Positions 51,486 through 60,609 of a stretch of DNA of 64,000 bases are shown here, one piece after another. Every line of letters starts with the position of its first letter. The first letter of the stretch is position 1. The translations under genes and the position numbers were made by a program. The notes beneath the pieces are model-generated. The model did not search any database. It was not told the origin of the DNA and was given only the letters and a program-made list of their open reading frames with translations. Source of the stretch: Spirochaetia bacterium (lineage in GTDB: Bacteria > Spirochaetota > Spirochaetia > SZUA-6 > Bin103); contig CBDBDQ010000005.1 of NCBI GenBank assembly GCA_965203905.1, positions 6,592,001 through 6,656,000 on the forward strand, given 5' to 3'.

Positions 51486-52235
51486 TTAAAGCTGTCCTAT
51501 TCGGCGTACCACGTCGCGGAGGGTGGTTATAGAACTGTAAGAAAGGTGGAGATCAAGTGCTTTCAAAAGCGCCTTTTGGAACGCGGTTATCTTGCTGAAT
51601 ACCGTGGCCGTGGAGACGCCAAAGTCAACCGCAAAGCCGCATGCATCCCGTTCAAGCTTGGTACTGCCGATGCTGTAGACGAGGGTTTCACCGTTCACTC
51701 CGCCGTCGACTTTCTGTCCTAGTTCAATCAGTTCCGAGAGTTCTCTGTCGGGATAGGCATTGAACAGCCAAAGAAGATCATAGAGGTCCTTTTCGCCACA
51801 CCTGGAAACGAGAGTAGCCGCCTTCATGGCAAACAGGGTCGGCAAACCGGCTACGACGACATCCCCGGTGGCGTTGGTCTCGGCAACGCTGACGATATGC
51901 TCATCGAGAACCACGTCCACCGTAAACCCAAGCTCTTTGTGGTAGCAGACGGCTCTATAGTACTGGTTGCTGCGACCCATCTCCTGCAGCTCGACGCCGA
52001 TGTTGCTCAGCGAGCGCACGGCCAGCACCGCTTCCTTGAACCCAATCGTATCGCCCGCGAACAGGTCGAGGTCATCCGACCGCCGGTGGCCTGCGTAGAA
52101 GCCGGCCAACGCAGTACCGCCGACGAGAATACAGTCGCCTATCCCCTGCGCGAAGACGTGTCTCAGGGACTCGAGCAATGGAGCCGGCAGGACACGATCG
52201 GCTAGCGATCGGTCAAATCGTGATGAATCTTCCAT
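51486..52235 (-). CDS. AbiEii-like nucleotidyltransferase toxin
   Basis: LVGGTALAGFYAGHRRSDDLDLF, MKAATLVSR..EKDLYDL; start inferred. Confidence 0.85.
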   Translation of the reverse strand: MEDSSRFDRSLADRVLPAPLLESLRHVFAQGIGDCILVGGTALAGFYAGHRRSDDLDLFAGDTIGFKEAVLAVRSLSNIGVELQEMGRSNQYYRAVCYHKELGFTVDVVLDEHIVSVAETNATGDVVVAGLPTLFAMKAATLVSRCGEKDLYDLLWLFNAYPDRELSELIELGQKVDGGVNGETLVYSIGSTKLERDACGFAVDFGVSTATVFSKITAFQKALLKALDLHLSYSSITTLRDVVRRIGQL

Positions 52236-52681
52236 ACGGTATCGACCTCCGTGCGTCGTGCCGCAGGCAGAAGCTGGCGCAGTCCAGGGTAGGTGCGCCA
52301 CACCCGTGCGCCCAATACCGCCGCCGCCTCGTATATTCCTCGACTGGCGATAAGGCGCGCCACCGCCCGCGGCTCCGATCCGGCCAGTGCAACCAGGAAG
52401 CGATAGATATCGGGATAGGATCGATCCCAGCAGAACTCCGCGTACCAGCGCCGTACGGTCGCACGATCCGTCAATACCGGGAACGGTTTGAGGAGCTCGG
52501 CCGGGTCTATTCCAAGGCCGGCACTCAAGTTCATGAGAGTGGCAACGTGCACGTTCCGGAAGTCATCATCGGCGGCAAACCAGAGCGAGACCGCCTGCCG
52601 GCTCACCCCCGCGGCCTTGGCCACATCCGACTGTTGATATCCCTTCTTTGCCATCGCGGCCTTGAGTACGCTGAGATACAC
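52202..52681 (-). CDS. Cro/CI HTH protein, putative antitoxin
   Basis: QSDVAKAAGVSRQAVSLW HTH, FCWDRSYP; GTG 52681 follows a TTGACG-17-TATATC promoter. Confidence 0.78.
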   Translation of the reverse strand: MYLSVLKAAMAKKGYQQSDVAKAAGVSRQAVSLWFAADDDFRNVHVATLMNLSAGLGIDPAELLKPFPVLTDRATVRRWYAEFCWDRSYPDIYRFLVALAGSEPRAVARLIASRGIYEAAAVLGARVWRTYPGLRQLLPAARRTEVDTVWKIHHDLTDR

Positions 52682-52765
52682 AATTCCGATATAGCACCAT
52701 TTGCGCGCTACGTCAAGTACACTTGTCACTCACACTCACTCAGCCCCGGCGATGATGCTCAGAAA

Positions 52766-53725
52766 TCAGTCATAGCGGACCCGGGGGTCCAGGACTGCGT
52801 AGACCAGGTCGATGAGCAGATTGATCCCCACCACCCCGGTGGCGAAGAACAGGTTGATTCCGGAGACCATCGGGTAGTCTCTGTCGTTGAGGGCATTCAG
52901 CAGGAGGCGCCCGAGCCCCGGCAGGTTGAAGATGTTCTCCATGATCACGGCGCCCCCGACCAGGATCGGCAACTGCAGGCCGATCAGGGACACCACCGGG
53001 ATGAGGGCGTTCTTGACGGCGTGTCGGACCACCACGGCCCGCTCCTTCAACCCCTTGGACCAGGCCGTCCGGATATAGTCCTGCCGGAGCACCTCCAACA
53101 TCATGGTGCGGGTCATCCGCATGGTGGCGGCCGCCGCGGCCGTTCCCAGAATCAGGCTGGGAATGAGGAACACCGCAAGATTCCCCAGCGGGTCTTTGGT
53201 GAAGGAAACCAGCTCCAGCGGCGGCGCCCAGCCCCACCAGATGGCCGGGTAGATCATTACCATTATTCCCAGCCAGAAGTTGGGCGTTGCCAGGCCGATG
53301 ATGGCGACCGATCGCCCCAGGTAGTCGGCGGCGGTATCCTGGCGAATCGCCGAGTAGATGCCGACCGGCAGCGCGATCACCAGGCCGATGAGGATTGCCA
53401 TCAAACCAAGCTCAATGGTTACCGGCAGTCTATCTATTATCTTCTCCTCCACGGCCCCACGGCCCATCAGTGATTCACCAAGGGTACCGCGCAGAACAAT
53501 GCCTCCTATCCAGCGTTCGTACTGCACGTGGACGGGCACGTCTAATCCCAGCCGGCGCTCAACGGCTGCACGGTCAAGCACCGCCATTGTTTGGGATTCC
53601 ATCCTAATTTGCATTACGTCTATGATATCGCCGGGGATGAAGCGCACCGAGAGAAAGACCAGGATCGTCAATATGAACAGCGTGGGGATGATGAGCAATA
53701 ACCGCCTGATGATATAGGCTCTCAT
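52766..53725 (-). CDS. ABC permease OppB-like (cassette 4; no OppC follows)
   Basis: Ends with the same RVRYD/ATGACTGA overlap as cassettes 2 and 3, but the OppC sequence breaks off after a few codons. Confidence 0.92.
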   Translation of the reverse strand: MRAYIIRRLLLIIPTLFILTILVFLSVRFIPGDIIDVMQIRMESQTMAVLDRAAVERRLGLDVPVHVQYERWIGGIVLRGTLGESLMGRGAVEEKIIDRLPVTIELGLMAILIGLVIALPVGIYSAIRQDTAADYLGRSVAIIGLATPNFWLGIMVMIYPAIWWGWAPPLELVSFTKDPLGNLAVFLIPSLILGTAAAAATMRMTRTMMLEVLRQDYIRTAWSKGLKERAVVVRHAVKNALIPVVSLIGLQLPILVGGAVIMENIFNLPGLGRLLLNALNDRDYPMVSGINLFFATGVVGINLLIDLVYAVLDPRVRYD

Positions 53726-53840
53726 GTCACACCCATCATGCAATGAGTAAGGGAGCCGGGAAGCGCGCTCGCAAGCGAAACGCGCTCGGAAGCGCGCGCC
53801 TCCCGGCCCCTTTTCCCTGAGGTCAGTAGGGGTGCACTCC

Positions 53841-55628
53841 CTAGTGACCCATAGCTTCCTTCAGCTCACTATCAATCCAGAGGCGGGCGAAGATGGCGGT
53901 ATATTGACCGTTTCCCAACGCCCCTTCATTGTTAAACCCTTTGATCCACGGCTGGATCGCCACATACAGTGGGGCCCCAGGACCCCAAATCGTCCAGAAC
54001 TTCTCTATCCCATACTGATTCAACTCTCCGGCTATCCTGTTTTGCTCCTCGAGGGTGGTAGCGGCTCCGCCGGCTTCAAACTTGGCTGTATAAACCGGAT
54101 CGTTGACATTGGAGGTATTCCAAGGTGCGGCCGGCACATAGCGAAACATTACTGGCAATGGGTACCAAATACTGGCCCCCTCCGCGTTGATCATTTCGAA
54201 ATCCCTCTCATTTCTTCTAGGGCCATATGTAGCTGCTTCCTGTACATCAATCTCTACATTAACGCCAATCTTATTCCAGTATGAGGCGACTAATTCATCA
54301 TAGTTCAAATCGTACCGGACGAAATGCATCAACTCGGTCTTAAATCTAATGCCGTCCGCGCCGCGAGGATACCCGGCCTCATCAAGCAGCGCTTCGGCGC
54401 CTTCCGGGTCGTAGTCAAAGACCTTCTTGACATCTTCGGGCCAATCTTCAAATTGGGTGGCAACCTCTGTAAACATACGGTTTAGCAGCCCCTGAGGTAT
54501 TGCATCTGCATTACCCTTATAGTAGGCATTGTTAATTTCTTCGAGGTTTATTGCCATCTGCATTGCCTTGCGCACCCTGATGTCGTCGAAGGGCTCTATC
54601 TGAACGTTCATGCCAAACATAGTCCCCCCACTCCCGACGGAAAACGACGATATCACGACTTCAGGGTTGGTCCGCTGGAGGCTCTCTACCTGGTCGAGAC
54701 TCCTCATTGCGGCTTGGCCGTTCCGACCTAGGTAATCAACCCGACCCGTGCGCAGTGCCGCCAGCTGTGTTGCCGGTTCCGGCATAGTCAGGGCCCTTAA
54801 CCGGTCAACATAGGGCAAGCGGTTCTCCGGGTATTTTTCGTCGTAGCCCCAGTAGTCAGGATTCTTGTCCCAGGTGATAGAGCTGCCCTCGGTCCAGTCA
54901 GTCAGCATAAAGGGCCCGGTGCCGACCAGGTTCCTCCAATCCGTAACGTCCCCATGTTCCTTGATTACCTCGGGGGGGTATATCCGAGCCATGTTGCCGT
55001 CGAGCATAGCAACCAGCGCAAAGAGGTGTGGCTCCTTCAGCTTGAAAACTACCGTCCATTTGTCGGTGGCCGTTACCGATTCCACTTGCACATCGCGCCA
55101 GCTAGTAGCAAATTCGCTACGTTCGGTGAAACCGCTGCCAAGTCCCAAGATACGGTGAAAGTTGTACTCGATATCTTGGGCAGTCAGTTCCCGACCGTTC
55201 ATCGGCGGCTTATCATGCCAGCGAACGCCCTGGCGGACTTTGACGATATACGTCAGTGAGTCGGGCTGCGACCAGCTTTCCGCCAACTGCCCTTTCGTGT
55301 TAGCTGGTACGTTGAGAAACTGGAAGTTCCATTTGACCCTGGGCGTTGCCCAGTCGCCCCAGGCCAGCTTCTCTAAAACGCCATCGATGCCTCCCACCGA
55401 ACCAGAGACCACCAAGTCAGTACCCGGCGGCTCTTCTTTTTGGGCGAAGGTCAGTGTCCCGCCATACTCCGGCGCGGTCACCACCTTGCCGGTGGAGGGG
55501 TCGGTCACATACTTCTTGTCAGCCGCGGCTGCCGGCTCCTCTTCTGTGCCACCCGCCCAAAGGCCGGTTGCGGTCAGGGCGAGGACCAACGCAATCGCGA
55601 AGGTCATTCTGATTTTTACAATGTTCAT
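53841..55628 (-). CDS. ABC substrate-binding protein family 5 (cassette 4)
   Basis: Same conserved blocks as the other three SBPs. Confidence 0.93.
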   Translation of the reverse strand: MNIVKIRMTFAIALVLALTATGLWAGGTEEEPAAAADKKYVTDPSTGKVVTAPEYGGTLTFAQKEEPPGTDLVVSGSVGGIDGVLEKLAWGDWATPRVKWNFQFLNVPANTKGQLAESWSQPDSLTYIVKVRQGVRWHDKPPMNGRELTAQDIEYNFHRILGLGSGFTERSEFATSWRDVQVESVTATDKWTVVFKLKEPHLFALVAMLDGNMARIYPPEVIKEHGDVTDWRNLVGTGPFMLTDWTEGSSITWDKNPDYWGYDEKYPENRLPYVDRLRALTMPEPATQLAALRTGRVDYLGRNGQAAMRSLDQVESLQRTNPEVVISSFSVGSGGTMFGMNVQIEPFDDIRVRKAMQMAINLEEINNAYYKGNADAIPQGLLNRMFTEVATQFEDWPEDVKKVFDYDPEGAEALLDEAGYPRGADGIRFKTELMHFVRYDLNYDELVASYWNKIGVNVEIDVQEAATYGPRRNERDFEMINAEGASIWYPLPVMFRYVPAAPWNTSNVNDPVYTAKFEAGGAATTLEEQNRIAGELNQYGIEKFWTIWGPGAPLYVAIQPWIKGFNNEGALGNGQYTAIFARLWIDSELKEAMGH

Positions 55629-55944
55629 ACGTTTCTCCGTATGTGGATTTTTCGAGAGTATTGCGAAGCGGATTGCCGCTTCCTGGCTACTCTCGCGCCC
55701 GCAACGCAGGCGACCAGCCAGATAGAGTCAACTTCCTGAAGCGCGCGGCGTGTGACTCACCGTTATTGCGTTGCGCGCCCAAGGGCGGGGTGAGGGCGTA
55801 CCGGTTGCAGTGACGATGACGTAGGCGGAGGAGCGACAGGGGCGTAAAGTGTGAAGCCCGCAGCAGGTAAATGCTGCGGGCTTCACTTTTAGGCGGCCTC
55901 GGCGAGCGGAAGACAACCGCCCGCCGAGGCCCGAGAGGCAGCGA

Positions 55945-56769
55945 GTGTCCGAGGGTGCAACCGAGGCACACGCGCTCCCGTTCGCGACGACGAACTACCA
56001 GGCGGATCAGGACGGAACCTTGCGCGCCGTGCTGCCGTCGCGGTGTGTCTACGCCACGGGGGAGCAGACGTGTGCCATCTTCGTCGATCATTACCGCGAG
56101 CGCAAGACCGGGCCCCGCTATCCGCTAGCGGTGGTGGGGTGCGGGGTGCATGGGGGCCGGCGCTACACCCTGTATCCGCCCGGACACTACCCCTACGGAC
56201 GGGTGGCGGTGGTGCCCTACAGCGCAGGCGGAGACGTGCTGTTGGACGCAACCGGCAAACGACCGCAGTGGCAGGTGACGCTGTTCGGGGCCGCGCAGGA
56301 TGCGAAGCAGGGGAAGCTGTGGCCAGCCGAGCAGCACTGGTGGCAAGCGTTGAGTACGCCCTGCCGGCGCATCCAGGGACGGCGCCTGGAGCTGGCCGGT
56401 CGGTTGACCGGGGTCAGCCCGGAGTTGGACCAGCGGCAGCGGGAGCAGATCGCGACGCGCTTGGGAGTGGCGACCATGACCGTGCTCTGGGGAGCGCGCT
56501 GCTGGGGGCGCAGCTGGCGCAGCCGCGGCGTAGCGATCATGGCGGTGTTGCTGGCGCTGGCGGTCAGCGCGACGCTGGGGGAGCGCATGGGTGCGGCTGG
56601 TGCGGTCAGCGACCTGTGGGGGCCACCGCGCCCGCGGCTGGTGGCGCGCTGGGAGCAGGCCGGCCAGAGCTGGGTGGTGGCCGCGAGCGGTCGTTCAGCA
56701 GCGCGGGAACAGGGGGTTGTCGACCACCTTCGGGGACGGGCGCCCCCGGCCACGAAAGCGCTTATTTGA
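55945..56769 (+). CDS. transposon ORF1, hypothetical Cys/His-rich (putative Zn-binding) protein
   Basis: C..C...H.RERKTGP....CGVH...TLYPPG.PYGR; first gene of a co-oriented run inside the IRs. Confidence 0.65.
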   Translation: MSEGATEAHALPFATTNYQADQDGTLRAVLPSRCVYATGEQTCAIFVDHYRERKTGPRYPLAVVGCGVHGGRRYTLYPPGHYPYGRVAVVPYSAGGDVLLDATGKRPQWQVTLFGAAQDAKQGKLWPAEQHWWQALSTPCRRIQGRRLELAGRLTGVSPELDQRQREQIATRLGVATMTVLWGARCWGRSWRSRGVAIMAVLLALAVSATLGERMGAAGAVSDLWGPPRPRLVARWEQAGQSWVVAASGRSAAREQGVVDHLRGRAPPATKALI

Positions 56770-56798
56770 AGCCTCCCGTACGGCGCTACGGTAGGCGC

Positions 56799-58205
56799 AT
56801 GAATGATTCGTCACGTCCCCCGTTACCGATCTCGGCTACCGCGCTGCTGCGCTACCTGGTGATCGCCGAGATGGAGGCCCTGGTGTTGCGCGGGTGGCCT
56901 GCGGGCGCCGCGGTACGCAAGGTTGCCCGCGCACCGCGGATCGACCTGGACGGTCGTCCGGTGCGGATCAGCGTGCGTACCCTGCAACGCTGGCGCGCGG
57001 CCTGGGCGAGCGGTCGGCTCGCCGCCCTGGAGCCGCAGCCGCGCACCCGCACCGAGACCTCACTGGCGCTGAGTCCGCAACTGGTCACCTTTCTGCGCAC
57101 CGAGAAGCAACGTGATGTGCGCGCCTCGGTGCCGGAACTGGTGCGGCGGGCGCGCGAGCGCGGCATCATCCCGGTCGACGCCAAGATCGATCGCACCACG
57201 GTGTGGCGCGCCTGTCGGCGAATGGGCCTGCCGACGCGTCAGCGACCACACAAACACGAAGCGGACACGCGTCGCTGGCGCTATGCCGAGCGCATGCAGT
57301 GCGTGCTTGCCGACGGCAAGCACTTCCGCGCCGGCGCAGCGCGGCTGCGGCGGGTGGCGCTGTTCTTCCTCGACGATGCCACCCGCTACGGCCTGGAGGT
57401 GGTGGTGGGCACCGCGGAGTCCAGCGAGCTGTTCCTGCGCGGCCTCTACGAGGTGGTCATGCACCACGGCACTGCGGATCTGTACTACCTGGACAAAGGC
57501 CCGGGCTTCATCTCCAAGGACACCCTGGCCGTGGTCCAGGGCGGCCTGGGCACCTTGCTGATTCACGGCGCCACCAGGTATCCCGAGGGCCACGGCGCCA
57601 TCGAGCGCTTCCATCGCACCGCTTACGATCAGGTGCTGCGTTCCTTCGACGGTGCCGCCGACGTGGACCCCGCTTGCCAGGCACTCACGCTGCGCCTGCG
57701 CCACTTCCTGAACCGCTACAACGACACCCCGCACGAGACGCTCGGCAAGGACACCCCGCGCCAGCGCTGGGAGCAGGGACGGGAGTTGCGCTTTCCCACC
57801 GACGAGGCCGATCTGTATCGCCGCTTCGTGGTGCGCGCCATGCACAAGGTCTCCAACGATCACGTCATCAAGGCCGCCGGTCGGTTGTGGGAAGCGCCGC
57901 GCCGCAGCGCCCGCTGTTGGGTCGAGGTGGCGCGCCACGTGCTCGACGGGCGGCTGTGGGTTCAGCACCAAGGGCGCATGATCGAGCTGGCCGAGCTGGA
58001 TCCCCACGCCAACGCGACCTCACCGCGCGGCTCCGGCAGCGCGCCACAACCGACCGCCGACGAGGACGGCGAGGAACTCCCCGCCACCGCGGCCGGCATC
58101 GCCTACGCCAACGACACCCGCCCGCTGGTCGACCCCGACGGCGGCTACCGCGACCCGCAGGACGACCAACAGGACGACCAACACGTCCAGGAGCAGCAGC
58201 CATGA
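56799..58205 (+). CDS. DDE transposase (rve/Mu-like)
   Basis: N-terminal HTH SVRTLQRW; ADGKH, FLDDATRY, YLDKGPGF, GAIERFHRT, YNDTPHETL. Confidence 0.9.
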   Translation: MNDSSRPPLPISATALLRYLVIAEMEALVLRGWPAGAAVRKVARAPRIDLDGRPVRISVRTLQRWRAAWASGRLAALEPQPRTRTETSLALSPQLVTFLRTEKQRDVRASVPELVRRARERGIIPVDAKIDRTTVWRACRRMGLPTRQRPHKHEADTRRWRYAERMQCVLADGKHFRAGAARLRRVALFFLDDATRYGLEVVVGTAESSELFLRGLYEVVMHHGTADLYYLDKGPGFISKDTLAVVQGGLGTLLIHGATRYPEGHGAIERFHRTAYDQVLRSFDGAADVDPACQALTLRLRHFLNRYNDTPHETLGKDTPRQRWEQGRELRFPTDEADLYRRFVVRAMHKVSNDHVIKAAGRLWEAPRRSARCWVEVARHVLDGRLWVQHQGRMIELAELDPHANATSPRGSGSAPQPTADEDGEELPATAAGIAYANDTRPLVDPDGGYRDPQDDQQDDQHVQEQQP

Positions 58206-59005
58206 GCCACGACCTCAGCCCACTGGGCTTCCGCAAGACCCCCTTTACTCGCGAGTTGACCGTGCGCGAGTGCTTCCCGCTCGAACCTCAGGCCCAGGTC
58301 GCCGCCGCACTCACCGCGGCGGTGCAGGAGCGCATGAGCGCCGCCCTCATCGCTCCCGCCGGCACCGGCAAGACCGTCGCCTTGCGCATGCTCGTCGCCA
58401 CCCTGCCGGAGGTGCGCTTCCAGGTCCACTACGTCAAGGTGACCGGCCTCTCCAAGCGTGACCTGTGCAAGGAAATCGCGGTCGCCTGCGGCCTCTCTCC
58501 CACCGGGATCTATCCCGCTCTGGTGCGCAAGCTGCAGGACGCGTTCGAACATACCGTCAGCGACGGCATGCGCCCCGTCATCCTGCTCGACGAAGCCCAT
58601 GATCTGCGCCCCGAAGCGTTGGCCATGTTGCGCGTCCTCACCAACTTCACAATGGACAGTCGCCTCGTCGTGTCCCTCGTGCTCGCCGGCCAGCCACTCC
58701 TGAAACTGCTGCTCCGGCGCCCTGAACAAGCCGCCATCGCGCAGCGCCTGGCGCACTACGCCGAACTGCGCCTGCTGTCCCGCGATGAGACCCGCGCCTA
58801 CCTCGAACATCGCTGCACCCTCGCCGGCGCTCGCACCAATCCCTTCGACGACGACGCTCAGGAAACCATCTTCGAAATGAGCCGCGGCAACCTGCGTGCC
58901 ATCGACCGCTTGGCCCTGGCGGCGCTGCACCACGCCGCCAAGTCTTCTCACACCACCGTCAGTGCCGGCGACGTGATCGCCGCGCGCAAGTACCTGTGGC
59001 CATGA
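58202..59005 (+). CDS. ExeA-like AAA ATPase (transposition helper)
   Basis: LGFRKTPF, APAGTGKT, LLDEAHDL, LAGQP, SRGNLRAID; ATGA overlap with transposase. Confidence 0.88.
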   Translation: MSHDLSPLGFRKTPFTRELTVRECFPLEPQAQVAAALTAAVQERMSAALIAPAGTGKTVALRMLVATLPEVRFQVHYVKVTGLSKRDLCKEIAVACGLSPTGIYPALVRKLQDAFEHTVSDGMRPVILLDEAHDLRPEALAMLRVLTNFTMDSRLVVSLVLAGQPLLKLLLRRPEQAAIAQRLAHYAELRLLSRDETRAYLEHRCTLAGARTNPFDDDAQETIFEMSRGNLRAIDRLALAALHHAAKSSHTTVSAGDVIAARKYLWP

Positions 59006-59940
59006 CCACACCGCTGCCCACCGTTCCGGTGCATGCCATCGATCCCCAGCCCGACGCTCCCCAGTGGCTGGTGCGCGACCTCTGGACCACCGCGGCTGTC
59101 GGCGTGATCGGGGGCAGCCCCAAGGTTGGCAAGTCCTGGCTCGGCCTTGACCTCGCCGTCTCGGTCGCGTCCAGCACCCCGGCCCTCGGGCGGTTCCCGG
59201 TCGAGGCCACCGGCCCCGCCCTGGTCTATCTCGCCGAGGATGCTCTGCCACGCGTCCGCGACCGTGTCGCCCACTTGTGCCGCCACCGCGGTTTGGATCT
59301 GGCACGCCTCGATCTGCACGTCGTCACTGCTGACCGCTTGCGCCTCGATACCGAGCGCGACCAGCTCGCTCTCGACCAGACCGTGCAACGGATCCGCCCG
59401 GCACTACTGCTGTTGGACCCTCTGGTCCGACTTCATTCCCTCGATGAGAACAGCGCTTCAGACATCTCTTCTCTGCTCGGCTTTCTGCGCGCACTCAACC
59501 GCCGCTATCAACTCGCTGTGGTCCTCGTCCACCACCTGGCCAAGCGCTCGCGCCGCAATCTCGGCCAGTCCCTGCGCGGCTCCTCCGATCTGCATGCCTG
59601 GACCGACTCCGCCTGCTATCTGGTGCGGCGTCCCGACGACCGTCTGCAACTCACCGTCGAGCATCGCTCCGCTCCCGCTCCAGACCCCCTGCTGTTGCGC
59701 CTCTCAGGCGGCGCCGACCAGCCCCTCTCGCTGCTCGTCGACAACGCTGCCGCCGCCCCGCCTCCCCCGCTCGCCGAGGCGGTGCGCGCCACGCTCCGCA
59801 GCGCCGGCCAGCCGCTCTCCAGGACCGCTCTGCGGCAACGCTTGCGCGTCAACAACGCCCGTCTCGGTCTCGCCCTCCAAACTCTCCAACAGCACGGCCT
59901 CGCCGTCCGCGGCCCCAACGGCTGGCACCTGCCGGCCTGA
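59002..59940 (+). CDS. AAA_25 / RepA-like RecA-fold helicase with C-terminal wHTH
   Basis: WLVRDLW, GSPKVGKS, YLAED, LLDPLVRLH.LDEN, VHH, LRGSS; ATGA overlap with the ATPase. Confidence 0.85.
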   Translation: MTTPLPTVPVHAIDPQPDAPQWLVRDLWTTAAVGVIGGSPKVGKSWLGLDLAVSVASSTPALGRFPVEATGPALVYLAEDALPRVRDRVAHLCRHRGLDLARLDLHVVTADRLRLDTERDQLALDQTVQRIRPALLLLDPLVRLHSLDENSASDISSLLGFLRALNRRYQLAVVLVHHLAKRSRRNLGQSLRGSSDLHAWTDSACYLVRRPDDRLQLTVEHRSAPAPDPLLLRLSGGADQPLSLLVDNAAAAPPPPLAEAVRATLRSAGQPLSRTALRQRLRVNNARLGLALQTLQQHGLAVRGPNGWHLPA

Positions 59941-60084
59941 CCGGCACCGTCGCCTGCCTACTCGCTCTCGTTCCGCCATTCCCGCGTTCCGCACCAGGGA
60001 CGCGCTCGGAACGGAACGACCACCGTACACACTCCGTGCCAACTATCGTGCAACTCGCCTCGGCTCAGGGCGCGCAACGCAACA

Positions 60085-60535
60085 ACCGGGTTCACCCGGG
60101 CTCACGCCGCGCGCGCGAGCGGCTCTTTGAGTACTACTTGCACCTCGTCGTGGGGGCAGGGAGTAACCCGGCCGCGGAGAACCCACGGCACCAAGACGCG
60201 CCCCGGACGCTGCGCCGGGAGGACGCGCATAGTGCGTCGGAGCGCGCATTTCAAGCAGCGCGACAGGATAGCACGCCGCGATTCAGGAGCCGGGGATCCA
60301 GGACCGTTGCAGCGGCCAGTGAACGAACCTGCATTGGACCGGCGCCGGAGGTAGCCGGCCGCAACCCGGATGCTGAAGTCGAAGGCCGCGGTGCGATCAG
60401 CCGGAGCGGTCAGTTTCTCGGTTCGAATAGCTGCCGGGGGGGACGATTGGATGCACCGGTTGCGTCATCGCCATCCGGTTACTCTGCAGACGGCCGTGAT
60501 GGTGCATTATCCGCATCCGTTCGATCCTGAAGTTT
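60085..60535 (-). ncRNA. candidate structured leader RNA copy B, distal part (proximal part at 55629-55763)
   Basis: Collinear homology to ~42601-43165 with an internal gap; c(UCCG)g loops in place of c(UUCG)g. Confidence 0.5.
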
Positions 60536-60609
60536 CGTAGCATTTCACGCTCGCTTGGAAGTGTCAAGCTCACCCCCCGGGCCGGGACGGACCGGAGTTG
60601 GCATGGGAG

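Larger units (their letters stand above)
55764..60084 (+). mobile_element. 4321-bp four-gene Mu/TnsB-like transposon
   Basis: Imperfect ~31-bp terminal IRs (TATTGCGTTGCGCGCCC... / ...GGGCGCGCAACGCAACA); flanks ACCGT/ACCGG; the paralogous empty site at ~42600 reads CTC-ACCGG-GTTCAC. Confidence 0.88.

Noticed and set aside
38772-53725. Diversity-generating retroelement acting on the repeated cassettes
   Set aside because: No reverse transcriptase, and differences between copies are not adenine-specific.
55764-60084. Tn7/CAST or IS21 assignment for the transposon
   Set aside because: No TnsA, TniQ or Cas genes; the ATPase is ExeA-like rather than IstB-like and there are two extra coupled genes.
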